The position numbers and the translations under genes were made by a program. From positions 105 through 64,104 of the forward strand of contig CAMDPW010000003.1 in the NCBI GenBank assembly GCA_945905715.1: 64,000 bases of DNA, in the 5' to 3' direction. The notes beneath the pieces are model-generated. The model saw only the letters and a list, made by a program, of their open reading frames with translations. It searched no databases and was not told the origin of the DNA. Source of the stretch: Rickettsia typhi (lineage in GTDB: Bacteria; Pseudomonadota; Alphaproteobacteria; Rickettsiales; JABSSG01). Numbering within the stretch: position 1 is the stretch's first letter; every line of letters starts with the position of its first letter. Positions 18,172 to 29,302 of the stretch are shown here, one piece after another.

Positions 18172-18996
18172 TTGATAATTATTTCAGGAAGTAGTAATCC
18201 TAAGCTTGTCAAAGTAATAGCAGATAAATTGAATGGCGATCTTGATGAGCAAGGTGTTGTTATTATTCAAGCAACATCCAAACCAGCCAATAAACCATTT
18301 GATAGAGTTGCTTTTACTCATTGATACGGCTAAACGAGCTGGTGCAAAACTGATCATTGTAGCGATTCCATATTTTGGTTATTCTAGATAAAATCGCTCT
18401 TCTTATAAGCATGGACCAAGATCTGCTAGGCTGTAATCTTATCGGAAACTGTAGGAGCAGACAAACCTATTACCATAGGTCTATACTCTCAACAGAGTGA
18501 GGGATTTTTGAAAATTCCAGTACATAATATTGATCCTTTACCACTATTTGTAAATCAGTTTAAAAACTATAATAATATTGTAGTTGTTTCTCCTGATATT
18601 GGAGGAGTAATCAGAGCACATAAATTAGTAGAGTTACTTAATATGGATTTTGTAGTAATAAATAAAAAACGCCACATCTCAGGTGAGTGCTTTATGAGTG
18701 AAATTATAGAAAATGTGAGAGGCAAGCATTGCATTTTGATTGATGATATTATTGATACTGGTGAGACGTTATGTAAGGCAGTAAAGCTGATATTTAAAAA
18801 AGGTGCCAGCAATGTTCATGCCGCAGTTACTCATGCAGTGCTTTCGCTAGCATCTCTGCCAAAAATTGAAGATACTTTTTCTGACAGTAGTTTTCATATA
18901 ACTAATACTATTGCTCATGATAGACTTTCTAGCAAAATTAAACTAATTAAGATAGATGACATCTTGGCAGATACCATTGATTCTTCGATCAGATAA
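18172..18996 (+). pseudogene. prs: ribose-phosphate pyrophosphokinase, with internal deletion and frameshifts
   Basis: (L)IIISGSSNPKLVKVIADKLNGDL is fused in frame to the trpA tail. It is followed by VVIIQATSKPANK, stops, IAIPYFGYSR in another frame, then 18508-18996: VVSPDIGGVIRAHKLVE...GKHCILIDDIIDTGETL...THAVLS (PRPP-binding loop). Confidence 0.8.
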
Positions 18997-19228
18997 AAGA
19001 TCGATTTCTCTAAGAGTATTTAGGCTATTTATCATTTTTGTAGACACTCCCAACAGAGAGTGGGTACTTAAACAGATTTAAACTTCCATTGTAATTCACA
19101 GTTGTAAGTTAGATTTTGTAGAATCATTGTAGTGCCACATTCCATATGTTATCATAACTCTTGTCTTTCTACTGCGACCTAGAAAACAAATACACCTTTT
19201 CAATAATTTCTAAAATCCTTGCTGAGCC

Positions 19229-19305
19229 TGGTGCAACCGACAGGATTTGAACCTGTGACCCCAAGATTAGGAATCTTGTGCTCTATCCAACTGAGCTACG
19301 GCTGC
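19229..19305 (-). tRNA. tRNA-Arg (anticodon CCU)
   Basis: The reverse complement GCAGCCGTAGCTCAGTTGGATAGAGCACAAGATTCCTAATCTTGGGGTCACAGGTTCAAATCCTGTCGGTTGCACCA folds as a cloverleaf with anticodon loop TTCCTAA. CCA is encoded. Confidence 0.93.
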
Positions 19306-19360
19306 ACACTGTACTAATCATATAATGAAAAAACTGAGTTTTGTCACGAATAGAGTGCGA

Positions 19361-20383
19361 TTAGTCTATTAAAGTTTTAATAAGTCTTGGCGTAATCTGA
19401 TTTAAAACTGTATACTCAAACAAACTCACATGATCAACATTAGTTGTTTTGCATAGCAATTCTAGCTGAGTAAATTCGCTAATAATATCCCGCAACTGAC
19501 CAATAGAAAAAATTCTTAAACACTTTGTAAAGACTGATATATACTTAAAAAAAATCGTAGGGCTTAGCTTTTGTATTGCTTGTTCTATTTCTACGCCTTC
19601 ATTGATAAACGATTTTGCTTTTAGTAACTGCTGAAAAAGACGAGTTATACTCCTAATGATTGAAATAATATTAGTTTTCTGATCTATTAACTTTCTTAAT
19701 CTCGAATGAAAATTAGTAATATGACCATGTGCAATATCATAACATAAATCTTCTACCGATAGATTGCTAGAGTTGCACACTATACCCTGTACATTAGCTA
19801 AAGAGATATACCCATTATCTCCAGTGAATATAATTAATTTATCCAGCTCAGAAATTGTGATAAGTCGATCAGCATTGATACTAACGATTAGGTAGTTCAA
19901 GGTAGCCTTATCGATTTTGATGTTACTTTGTTTAAGTTTGGTCTTAATAATATTCTCCGTAGTTATGTATGTATCATGATAGCATGCTATACTTGCTAAC
20001 CTCTTCTCAATCTCAAAAAACTTTCTTGTGGCCGCGCTTGAGGTCAGCTCTAAAGCCTTAAATATAAGCATTACATCTTGAACTGGCTTAATAAGTAAGT
20101 CCTTTAACCAAGATGGCATCACTTTCTCAACTTCAGTGATATAAATTATCTTTTTTTCCTTCGTTAAACTGAGAGACTTGCATTCATTATACAGTAACTC
20201 TGGGTTTTTCATTACGTTATCATACTGCAAAGAGATAAAATTGAAAATGCTTTGCTCGCCTGAAATAAGCTGTTTAATGATTTGGTCGCAAGTTTGTGAA
20301 TTTAATCCATAATCATTTCCATAAACCAATACGGCATGGAATTGATTTATGGAATTCATAAAATCATTATGATTTATCTTCAT
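19361..20383 (-). CDS. holA: DNA polymerase III subunit delta
   Basis: 340-aa ORF in the conserved leuS-lptE-holA arrangement. The N-terminus ends in YLLYG-like VLVYGNDYGL. Confidence 0.75.
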   Translation of the reverse strand: MKINHNDFMNSINQFHAVLVYGNDYGLNSQTCDQIIKQLISGEQSIFNFISLQYDNVMKNPELLYNECKSLSLTKEKKIIYITEVEKVMPSWLKDLLIKPVQDVMLIFKALELTSSAATRKFFEIEKRLASIACYHDTYITTENIIKTKLKQSNIKIDKATLNYLIVSINADRLITISELDKLIIFTGDNGYISLANVQGIVCNSSNLSVEDLCYDIAHGHITNFHSRLRKLIDQKTNIISIIRSITRLFQQLLKAKSFINEGVEIEQAIQKLSPTIFFKYISVFTKCLRIFSIGQLRDIISEFTQLELLCKTTNVDHVSLFEYTVLNQITPRLIKTLID

Positions 20384-20888
20384 GTTGAGGTAAATTATTA
20401 TATTTTATCATAGCTATAATCAACCGCTTCTTTATTACCATTGCAAGCTGCTTTAGTCCGTTATCATAAGATTTATCAGCAATGACATAAGTAGCATACT
20501 CAGAATGAAGCTCATTAAAACTGATAGTAAGTCTAATATTGCCACTATCTATAATTTTTTGAGTATATTTTTCATTAAGTACGTAACTTGCATTCATGTT
20601 ATGCTGCTTAGCAATGATTGTGCTATCTTGCTGTACTAATAAGTCCGAAATAATATCTTCTATTTTAACGGATAAGTTAAACAATTTTTCTCTTGATTCG
20701 TTATTAGGATTGAATTCATCTTCTAAATAGTTTTTTAACTTATATGACTGATTGCTTTGTAATGCGGTAATTTGAATCTCTGCCAACGAACACCGGAACT
20801 CTTCATCACTATCCACGCCATATATTGGCTTAAACCCACAAGAAGTCAAGAATACAATCACCGCTAGTGCGTAAATATTAAAGAGCAT
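20367..20888 (-). CDS. lptE: LPS-assembly lipoprotein LptE
   Basis: Lipobox LTSCGFKPIYG, 173 aa, immediately downstream of leuS. Confidence 0.75.
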   Translation of the reverse strand: MLFNIYALAVIVFLTSCGFKPIYGVDSDEEFRCSLAEIQITALQSNQSYKLKNYLEDEFNPNNESREKLFNLSVKIEDIISDLLVQQDSTIIAKQHNMNASYVLNEKYTQKIIDSGNIRLTISFNELHSEYATYVIADKSYDNGLKQLAMVIKKRLIIAMIKYNNLPQHEDKS

Positions 20889-23438
20889 TTAAATTACTAT
20901 ATTCACAATCTTATTAGGTACAACGATCACTCTTTTTACTTGTTTTTCAGCGATGTGTTTTATAATATCTGGCATTGATAGCACTATGGATTTGATTGCG
21001 TCATGATCTAATCCAACTGGTAAGTATGTAGTTTGTTTTAATTTACCATTAACTTGAATAGCAATAATTACATGATCATCTTGTAATAAATTTGTTCTAG
21101 CCTGAGGCCATTGGTTATATAATAAATACTCTCCATTTCCTAATATTTGCCATAATTCCGAGCATACATGAGGTATCATTGGATAAAGTAATTGAATTGA
21201 AATCTTAAGACCATCTTCTATAATTGATCTGGTAAATACATCATTGTCCGACAAATCGAATATTGTATTCAATAATTCTCTAACTCGTGCAACCGCTTTA
21301 TTAAAATGAAATTTATTAATGTCTTCAGTCACCGCGGCAATAGTTTTGTGTATTTTTCTACGTATAATTAATAAATTTGCTGGCAATTTATCATCTGCAA
21401 TACTATCAACAGCAAATACTTTAAAGTTGCTAGTAAACTTAAATAATTTTGTAATAAATTTATATGCACCTTCTATGCCAGAATCTGTCCATTCAAGATC
21501 TTTATCTGGAGGGCTATCAGACAACATAAACAACCGCGCTGTATCAGCACCAAATTCTTTAATAATTTTTTCAGGATCGACAACATTTTTTTTAGATTTA
21601 CTCATCTTCTCAATTCGACATGCAGTCACTGATTGATTCGTATGGACGTTGACAAGCTCATGTTCTAACTTTACTACATCACCTGCTGAAACCCAATGAT
21701 TTTTTTGATCCTTATAGCTAATATGAGTAACCATGCCCTGTGTAAGCAAACTTAAAAAAGGCTCATTGAAACTAAAATAACCACATTTAGTCATCGCTTT
21801 AGTAAAAAATCTAGAATAAAGCAGATGTAAAATAGCGTGCTCAATACCTCCAATATATTGATCAACAGGTAACCAGTAATTACAAGCTTCTTTATTTATT
21901 GCTGCTGACGCTTGTGGATCACAAAAACGTGCAAAATACCATGAAGATTCAAAAAATGTATCAAAAGTATCGGTTTCTCTAATGGCATTTCTATAACATT
22001 TTGGACATGTTATATACTTCCAAGTAGGATGATGAACAAGTGGATTCCCTGGTTTATCAAAAGTTACATCTTGTGGCAAAAGTACTGGCAATTGTTCTTT
22101 TGGGACTGGAACGACCCCACAACTATCGCAGTAGATAATCGGTATAGGACACCCCCAATAACGTTGACGAGAAATTCCCCAGTCACGTAGTCTATATTGA
22201 GTGGTTTTTTTACCCTTCTTATACCGTTCCAAAAAAGAAATAATTTTATCTTTAGCAATTCTTGCTGATAAACCAGTGACAAAATCTGAGTTAATCATAA
22301 TATCACTGCATTCTAATTTTGTTGGTAAAAACGCTTTTTTTGCAACTGGAATTATCGGTAAGTTATACTTGCAAGCAAATTCATAATCTCTTTTATCATG
22401 TGCTGGACAGCCAAAAATAGCACCAGTTCCATATTCTATTAAGACAAAATTTGCTATATAAATTGGTATAGTTTTATTAACCAAAATTGGATGCGTAGCT
22501 TTTAGTCCTGTGTCAATACCTTTTTTTTCTGCTTTTTCAATTGCCTCTTCTGCAATTGCCAAATTACCACATTCCTCGATAAAGTCTTGAATATGTTTGT
22601 TATTTTTTGCTACTTTCTGCGCCAATGGATGATCATACGCAATAGCACAAAAACTTGCTCCAAATAGAGTTTCAGGAAATGTTGTAAAGACCTCCAGTTG
22701 ATCTTTTAAGTTTTCAATACCAAATTTTACTCTACAACCAACGGATTTACCAATCCATTTTTCTTGCATGAGACATACATGTTCAGGCCAACCTGTCAAC
22801 TGTGCTAGGTCGTTTAATAGATCATCTGCAAAATCTGATATTTTTAAAAACCATTGCGAAAGTTTTCTACGTTCAACAATAGCGCCAGATCTCCAGCCTT
22901 TACCATCAATAACTTGCTCATTAGCTAGCACAGTATTGTCTACTGGATCCCAATTTACTAAAGACTCTTTTTTATAAGCCAGATCATGCTCCAAAAAATC
23001 TAAGAAAATTTGTTGTTCATGCTTGTAATACTCAGGCAAACAAGTAGCGATCTCACGTGACCAATCATACGCAAGGCCTATAGATTGTAATTGAGTTTTC
23101 ATTGCCTCGATGTTAGACGTTGTCCATGTTTGTGGATGAGTTTTTTGTTCAATAGCAGCGTTCTCAGCTGGTAAGCCAAAAGCATCCCAACCCATTGGAT
23201 GTAATACATTAAAACCTTGGCATAACTTAAATCGAGCGATCACATCACCAATAGTATAATTACGTACATGCCCCATATGAATCTTACCAGAAGGGTAAGG
23301 AAACATTTCTAAAACATAATATTTAGGTTTTTTATAATCAATGCGCGCTTTAAAACAGTTATTATCCTGCCAAATCTTCTGCCATTTAGACTCGATACTC
23401 TTATAATTGTATTGCAAAAGAAGTTGGTCATCAATCAT
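20889..23438 (-). CDS. leuS: leucine--tRNA ligase
   Basis: 849 aa with the HIGH motif (HMGHVRNY) and the KMSKS motif (KMSKSKKN). Confidence 0.97.
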   Translation of the reverse strand: MIDDQLLLQYNYKSIESKWQKIWQDNNCFKARIDYKKPKYYVLEMFPYPSGKIHMGHVRNYTIGDVIARFKLCQGFNVLHPMGWDAFGLPAENAAIEQKTHPQTWTTSNIEAMKTQLQSIGLAYDWSREIATCLPEYYKHEQQIFLDFLEHDLAYKKESLVNWDPVDNTVLANEQVIDGKGWRSGAIVERRKLSQWFLKISDFADDLLNDLAQLTGWPEHVCLMQEKWIGKSVGCRVKFGIENLKDQLEVFTTFPETLFGASFCAIAYDHPLAQKVAKNNKHIQDFIEECGNLAIAEEAIEKAEKKGIDTGLKATHPILVNKTIPIYIANFVLIEYGTGAIFGCPAHDKRDYEFACKYNLPIIPVAKKAFLPTKLECSDIMINSDFVTGLSARIAKDKIISFLERYKKGKKTTQYRLRDWGISRQRYWGCPIPIIYCDSCGVVPVPKEQLPVLLPQDVTFDKPGNPLVHHPTWKYITCPKCYRNAIRETDTFDTFFESSWYFARFCDPQASAAINKEACNYWLPVDQYIGGIEHAILHLLYSRFFTKAMTKCGYFSFNEPFLSLLTQGMVTHISYKDQKNHWVSAGDVVKLEHELVNVHTNQSVTACRIEKMSKSKKNVVDPEKIIKEFGADTARLFMLSDSPPDKDLEWTDSGIEGAYKFITKLFKFTSNFKVFAVDSIADDKLPANLLIIRRKIHKTIAAVTEDINKFHFNKAVARVRELLNTIFDLSDNDVFTRSIIEDGLKISIQLLYPMIPHVCSELWQILGNGEYLLYNQWPQARTNLLQDDHVIIAIQVNGKLKQTTYLPVGLDHDAIKSIVLSMPDIIKHIAEKQVKRVIVVPNKIVNIVI

Positions 23439-23460
23439 AAATTTCTCTTGCTGCCAGTAA

Positions 23461-23979
23461 CTATTTTGAAACGACTTGTAGTTCTCGTGCTTGTGTTAAG
23501 ATTTTTTCTTCAAGATCTAGAGATACTTTAGAATTTACTGGAACTTCACGCCAAACGCCATTTTTTAGTACTTGCTTAAATACAGATATTTTTAATGATT
23601 CAACCCGTAATTCAAGTGAGGTAATAAATACATTGACTTTGTAGCGTTCTCCTGGATAATTTTGATCCTCATGCCAATCTGTAATTATAACACCGCCAAT
23701 TGAATCAACTGAAGCAAGAGGCATAAAACTTAAAGTACGAAGTGAAGCTTCCCATAAATACTGATTAACGCTCATAGCATTGCCTTTACTCTTGCCAATT
23801 AATGGAGTTGTATTTGGGTTGCTATCGTATAAAGTGATGCCACTGTTCTCACCCATAATTGAACCAAAATCAGTTTTACGACGCTGACTCGCGGTCTCTG
23901 GATATGAGGATTCTTCTGCTAAAACCTCAGAAATCATGAAAAGTATAGATATGGGTACTAAGTATTTAAAAAAATGCAT
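23461..23979 (-). CDS. secreted protein, DUF3576-like (alphaproteobacterial leuS neighbour)
   Basis: It has a signal peptide. [31 protein letters not shown]...[11 protein letters not shown] resembles what I recall of DUF3576 proteins. Confidence 0.5.
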   Translation of the reverse strand: MHFFKYLVPISILFMISEVLAEESSYPETASQRRKTDFGSIMGENSGITLYDSNPNTTPLIGKSKGNAMSVNQYLWEASLRTLSFMPLASVDSIGGVIITDWHEDQNYPGERYKVNVFITSLELRVESLKISVFKQVLKNGVWREVPVNSKVSLDLEEKILTQARELQVVSK

Positions 23980-24198
23980 ACACTTAAAACTTAAATAAAT
24001 ATTAAATAAAACTTTTAGTTAATCTACAACATACTAACTTATTCTTCAATAAGCAATAGTTGGCTAACTTCGCCTAAATTTGTCAACAAGTAGCTTTGTC
24101 ATTGAATAAAATATAATATAAAGAAATTTATTGTTGCAATACGGCAAAAATGATATTAGCATAAATGAGTATCGATAATCTAGACTAGGGGGTTTCTC

Positions 24199-24642
24199 AT
24201 GAATACGTCTCCATTTAATAATATGTTTGCAGGATGTTTTAAGAGTCTTACAGACTTAGCGGCGTTTGATCCAGCAAAATATAGCGCAGCTTTTGATATG
24301 GACTCCACAATAAATAGAAATAAGCGCCACATAGAATCAACAAGTCATGCTAATCACTTAGTGATGGCAAATATGCAAGCGCTGCTTAAGAGGCAAGCTG
24401 ATATTCTTCAAGATAGCACGTCACGCTTACTCGACTGCTGCAAAAAAATTGCTACACTTAACAACCATGAAAAAATTGTAGAAGAGCAAACTAACTACAT
24501 TAAAGAATCTATAGCAGCAAATCTTGCCAATACGAAAGAACTAGCAGAAATATCTACTAAAGCTCAGATTGAAATGCTAGATCATTTAGGAGGAGCTATG
24601 TCTGAAACGGTTAATGAGTGCTGTAAACCTATAGTTAAGTAA
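24199..24642 (+). CDS. phasin-family (PHA granule-associated) protein, tentative
   Basis: 147-aa helical protein. NHLVMANMQALLKRQADILQDSTSRLL resembles the Phasin_2/TIGR01841 core. It has a GGGGG-type SD and a strong terminator. Confidence 0.45.
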   Translation: MNTSPFNNMFAGCFKSLTDLAAFDPAKYSAAFDMDSTINRNKRHIESTSHANHLVMANMQALLKRQADILQDSTSRLLDCCKKIATLNNHEKIVEEQTNYIKESIAANLANTKELAEISTKAQIEMLDHLGGAMSETVNECCKPIVK

Positions 24643-24667
24643 GTAGTAATCAGTGCAGAATTTTTGT

Positions 24668-24698
24668 AAAAACCCCTGTTAATTGCAGGGGTTTTTTG
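24668..24698 (+). terminator. rho-independent terminator
   Basis: Stem CCCCTG (24673-24678) / CAGGGG (24686-24691), a 7-nt loop, then TTTTTTG. Confidence 0.75.
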
Positions 24699-25465
24699 TT
24701 TGATCTATATATGAAACATATCTGCTTTTTAAAAATTTATGACAAAACCAGTCGCAACTAATTAACCATTACACCGTGATATCTTACATTTATTCATTAC
24801 TAAGATAAAGCTATTGCTAATAATATTTATTACTAAATGATAATCTCCTATTGCACTAAATATCTGATTTAAATTACAAGAAAAAATAGCAACTCAATAA
24901 TACTACATAAAATACTACAAGAATACTCACTTCATCCTTGAATGCGCTGCTAGCTATCAAATCAATTTTAATACATTCATACATTTACTTAACAAAATCT
25001 AATGATTTATTAAAGAATACAAATCTTCTTTTGAAGTTGCATTATTATAGAAAGAATTAAAAGCTGAATTGTGTTATGCATTAAGATCTGATGCAACAGT
25101 TGGTCTTTTTATCAAGCAGTGTGCATAATGAATGTGGTCGCGAATAAGAACTTTTATACCAATTGAAGTCAAGTGAGTATTTAATCTGCGCAAAGTTGCG
25201 TAAGGCAATAAGCCAAGAAAAACTGCAATAAAGACTCTGTATAAAATGCTTTAAGCATGCAGGCTATGTTCTCTCTACTTGAATTATATCTACTTGAAAA
25301 AATATACTTAATGTCATTTCATTGCCACCTAAATCAATGAGAATGAACTTGACAATGGGCGTTAGTATTGACAGAATTCAAGCTTCTAAAATCTAGTTAG
25401 TAGTGCATGAGATTTAATCTTTATATAATAGTTGTAATCGATGTTGGTAGTAGCGTTAGTATAAT

Positions 25466-26371
25466 TTGCTATTCACTACTTTAACAAACTACATTATAAG
25501 GACTGAGATCATAAGAATACTGTGTAGCGTTTATACTGCAGTGATTATATTAATTTATAGTCAAGCATTTGCTTTAGATCAAAAACGAATTGCGATTACT
25601 CAGATTGTTGCGCACCAAGCTTTGGATAGACTACACCAAGGAGTAATTGATGGATTGAAACATGAGCACTTTATTAATAAACAAGACATCATTATTGATT
25701 ATCAGAATGCTAATGGAGATATTGCTTTAGCTAACCGAATCGCAAAAAAATTCGTCAGTCAAAATAGTGATATAATCATTGCCATCGTAACTCAATCATC
25801 CCAGGCTGAGCAAGTGCTACGAAAAAAAACAGATATCCCGTAGTCTTTGCTACAGTAACATATCCAATCAAAGCAAAATTAGTATCTTCACTGCAATACC
25901 CAGGAGGAAATATAACTGGCACTAGCAAACCCTTCTGCAATTAAGCAGCAATTAGTAATGATTAAGCGATTTTAAACTCCAAACTATTGGTTAGTCATTA
26001 ATCTTGGCGAAATGAATGCGATAGAACTGCTGGATCAAGTAAGAAACGAAGCAAAGCTTCTGAGTATAAAAATTAAAGTGGTTTCTGCAACTGATTCTTC
26101 CGAGGTTAGTGTAGCAGCGAAAAACTTGGTTGGAAAAGTGCAAGCAATTTTATTATTACAAGATAACACAATAGCTTCAGCATTACCCTCATTAATGAAG
26201 GTGATACAACAAAATAAACCTGTTTTCTCAACTTTTATTGAGGCTATAGAACATGGAGCTATTGCGGCATTGGCATATGACGAATATCAAATTGGAATTC
26301 ACACTGGCAAAATAGCAGCGAGACTAAAAGTCAAGATACCGCCCAAGCAATACATTATGAATTTGGAATAA
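25466..26371 (+). pseudogene. ABC transporter substrate-binding protein (ABC_sub_bind/PF04392-like), frameshifted
   Basis: Frame 1: KRIAITQIVAHQALD...ANGDIALANRIAKKFVSQNSDIIIAI. After an A8 run near 25822 a second frame reads YPVVFATVTYPIKAKLVSSLQYPGGNITGTS. A third piece is 26012-26371. Confidence 0.7.
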
Positions 26372-27653
26372 TTATACTAGCTTTTAATCCACCGAGTATA
26401 CTTTTAGATAAAATAATATTACCTCCATGTCTTGCAATAATATCTTGAGATATTGAGAGACCTAAACCTATACCTCCTGTGCCTTGGTTACGAGAGTGCT
26501 CAACTCTATAGAAAGGCTGAAATACTTTTTTAATCTCATTCTTATCAATTCCTGGTCCATTATCATTGATGTCAATTACAATTGTATTGTTTTTTTTGTC
26601 TAAATTAATTTCAACTGTATTTCCAAAGCGTATTGCATTATCAATTAGATTTTGTACGGCCCTCTTAAAAGCATTGATTCTAATGTATCCATCGATACTT
26701 TTGGAAGTTATAAAATTAATTTTTATATTATTAATCTTGTAATTCTTTATTACCTCTTTAAGTAAAGTATTTAAATTTGCTTTTACTGTTTTATACGCGC
26801 CTTCACCCTTAGCAAAATCAAGATAATCATTAATGATATTTTCTATCTCTTGAATATCACGATTGATCTCCAGTAAAGTGTCATCATTTTTCATTAAAGC
26901 TAATTGTAATTTTATTCTAGTAATTGGAGTGCGAAGATCATGAGAAACTCCTGCCAACATTTCAGTTCTCTGTCTAATCTGAGTCTCAATGCGTTGTTTC
27001 ATTTCTAAAAATGCTATACCTACTTTACGTACCTCTATGGCTCCTTCAGGTTTAAAATTATCAATTGATTGACCTGTGCCAAATTTTTCAGCCGCATTAC
27101 TCAGTTTAGTGATTGCACGAATTTGATTTTTAGAAAACATGATAGTAAATATTAGTAATACAAATGTAATCCCTACCATCCAAAAAATAAACACATAAGT
27201 TGTTGGCGTATAAAATCTACTACGTGGCACATCAACAAATAGAACTCCATCATTCATTTGTACCTGAACCTCAACTATCTTTTGTTGCTTGTCGTAACGT
27301 AAACTTATAAGGTTGGATAGATTGTTTTGTATATTCCTTTGTAAAATTTTTAACTCTCCGGAAAGCGTAGAGTTTTTTATCGTTAATTTTATATCTTTCT
27401 GAAAAGCATATCTCAAGTTAGTGTACGTTCTGAGGCTTTTAATGTCTTTAGTATTTAATTTCTGATGCAATTCAGAAATGAAAGAAATTTCTCCGGCTAA
27501 AGAGTATAGCATAGAGTCGCTCACACTATCCCAATGGCGATGATAAAATATATAAGTGGAAATCAATTGTGCAATAATGGTTGGTACAATAATAATTAGC
27601 AACATCCTAGAAAGAAGAGTAGCTGGTAAAAAATATGTAATTTTATTTTTCAT
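26355..27653 (-). CDS. sensor histidine kinase (EnvZ-like, 2 TM + HAMP + HisKA + HATPase_c)
   Basis: H-box GVSHDLRTPITRI, N-box LIDNAIRF, G-boxes DNGPGI and GTGGIGLGLS. Confidence 0.9.
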   Translation of the reverse strand: MKNKITYFLPATLLSRMLLIIIVPTIIAQLISTYIFYHRHWDSVSDSMLYSLAGEISFISELHQKLNTKDIKSLRTYTNLRYAFQKDIKLTIKNSTLSGELKILQRNIQNNLSNLISLRYDKQQKIVEVQVQMNDGVLFVDVPRSRFYTPTTYVFIFWMVGITFVLLIFTIMFSKNQIRAITKLSNAAEKFGTGQSIDNFKPEGAIEVRKVGIAFLEMKQRIETQIRQRTEMLAGVSHDLRTPITRIKLQLALMKNDDTLLEINRDIQEIENIINDYLDFAKGEGAYKTVKANLNTLLKEVIKNYKINNIKINFITSKSIDGYIRINAFKRAVQNLIDNAIRFGNTVEINLDKKNNTIVIDINDNGPGIDKNEIKKVFQPFYRVEHSRNQGTGGIGLGLSISQDIIARHGGNIILSKSILGGLKASIIIPNS

Positions 27654-28342
27654 AATTTAGTTCCAAGTAGCATGTAGCCATGTCCGCGTATTGTTTGGAT
27701 ATGTTTTGGTCTTTTGGGATCTAATTCTATTTTACTGCGCAGCCTAGCTATCTGCACATCAATAGATCTTTCATGAATATTGCCACATAGTAGAGCTAGG
27801 TCATATCGATTATTCTGAGTACCTAAATGATTGATTAAAACATTTAATAATTTAGATTCACTAGCACTAAGTTGTATATGATATGAATTTTTACTTAGAA
27901 TATTGCTTTCAATATCGTATTCAACTTGACCAAAAAATACAACATTATTATTAACTAACCTAGTTGAGTATTTGGTACGTGCAATTAGCTTTTCAATTCT
28001 AATGAGTAGCTCTCTTGGTTCAAAAGGTTTGGCAATGTAGTCATCTGCTCCTGACTTTAGCCCAGCAATTCTTTCCTCTACATCACTCATAGCTGTTAAC
28101 ATTAAGATTGCTACAGCTGAGGTTTGTCGAAAAATTCTAGCAAATTCAATGCCGGTTTCATTCGGCATCATTACGTCCAGAATAATAAGATCAATATTAA
28201 AAGTAGATAAAACTTGCCTTGCTTGCTCTGTATCTCTAGCAATAGAAATCACATAATCGTACTTCATCAAGTATGTTTTTAATAAATTTCTAATTCTATC
28301 ATCATCATCAACAATAAGTACATGTGATTGGTTTTTAGTCAT
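27650..28342 (-). CDS. OmpR-family response regulator
   Basis: Receiver domain (VLIVDDD...LIILDVMMP...KPF) plus a winged-helix output domain (IQTIRGHGYML). Its stop overlaps the kinase start. Confidence 0.92.
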   Translation of the reverse strand: MTKNQSHVLIVDDDDRIRNLLKTYLMKYDYVISIARDTEQARQVLSTFNIDLIILDVMMPNETGIEFARIFRQTSAVAILMLTAMSDVEERIAGLKSGADDYIAKPFEPRELLIRIEKLIARTKYSTRLVNNNVVFFGQVEYDIESNILSKNSYHIQLSASESKLLNVLINHLGTQNNRYDLALLCGNIHERSIDVQIARLRSKIELDPKRPKHIQTIRGHGYMLLGTKL

Positions 28343-28477
28343 GAATTAGTGATATTTTACAATTAAACTTGCTGCATTATAATCAAACATCTCTGTGATC
28401 ACAATACATGAATTATAACATAGATGAAAATTATATATTTTTTGGTTTCATGGTAAATTTGTATCCGTTATGGTCAG

Positions 28478-29299
28478 GGTAGTGTCGCAAATTTTATACA
28501 TCGGCAAGTTAAGGTCAGTTTACAGTATAATTAACAAGCTAAGACATAGAACCCACTTCCAAGTTGGTAAAGAGTTTTAAATGTGAGTTGTCCTTTTTTT
28601 TAATCATGTGGCAAATTTGATACCTGCAAGTATCACTGAAGCTGCGTGTGGCGAAAAGCCCATCAATATGGGCGAGTTATACGCTTGATCGCTCTATGCT
28701 CCTGCTCTACCAGATTATTAAGATATTTTATCTGTTGGATAATCATACGTTTTCGTGATCTATTTGCACGTTTACCGCTTCTAGAGCTGCAAGGTTTAGC
28801 CCCACTCTTATCTACTTAACCTTCTCTGGAGAAAAAACCCCGGGCAGCGATAGCTTTTTATCCAAGAACGCTTTAGCAGCCTTAAGATCGTGCCTTTCAG
28901 GCAGAAAGAAATCGATTGTATCATCATTGGTATCCACGACTCTATAGTAATAGTACCGCCTGCCTTTAATCTTGATGTATCTCTTCCATTCTCCAAGCTC
29001 TTAGGAACTGATCTCCTGAATTTACGAGCTTTTATCTCTAACTAATGGGCCATATTTTATAACCCATCTGTTGACCGTTGCGTGATCAGCAGACAAGCCT
29101 CTTTCTTTCAAAATCCTCCACATATCTATAACTCAAGGGATATGCTAAATACCAGCGCATCGCCATTAGTATCATATCTTTCCTAAAGTGGCTACCTTTG
29201 AAACTAATCATCTATAAACTTATTATTATTTGATATCTGCTATTTCTATACCAATAATTTTAGAGCTAGACAACTCATTACAAAATTTGCAACACTACC
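28478..29299 (-). mobile_element. IS6-family (IS26-like) insertion sequence, 822 bp, transposase degraded
   Basis: Terminal IRs are GGTAGTGTCGCAAATTTT (28478-28495) and the reverse complement of 29282-29299, GGTAGTGTTGCAAATTTT (compare the IS26 IR GGCACTGTTGCAAA). On the minus strand from ATG 29211: MISFKGSHFRKDMILMAMRWYLAYPLSYR..., then after shifts IKIKGRRYYYYRVVDTNDDTIDFFLPERHDLKAAKAFL and NNLVEQEHRAIKR. There are multiple stops. Confidence 0.8.
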
Positions 29300-29302
29300 G
29301 AC

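Noticed and set aside
4550-19228. An intact or active integrative-conjugative element (RAGE-like) or prophage between the tRNA-Arg repeats
   Set aside because: No integrase, tra/T4SS, relaxase, capsid or terminase genes are recognisable. The segment also contains core ribosomal and LPS-transport genes. Only a relic or rearranged island is defensible.
28808-28996. 62-aa minus ORF as an independent gene
   Set aside because: It lies entirely inside the degraded IS6 element and is out of frame with the recognisable transposase block (IKIKGRRYYYYRVVDTNDDTIDFFLPERHDLKAAKAFL), so it is most likely an out-of-frame artefact rather than a gene.
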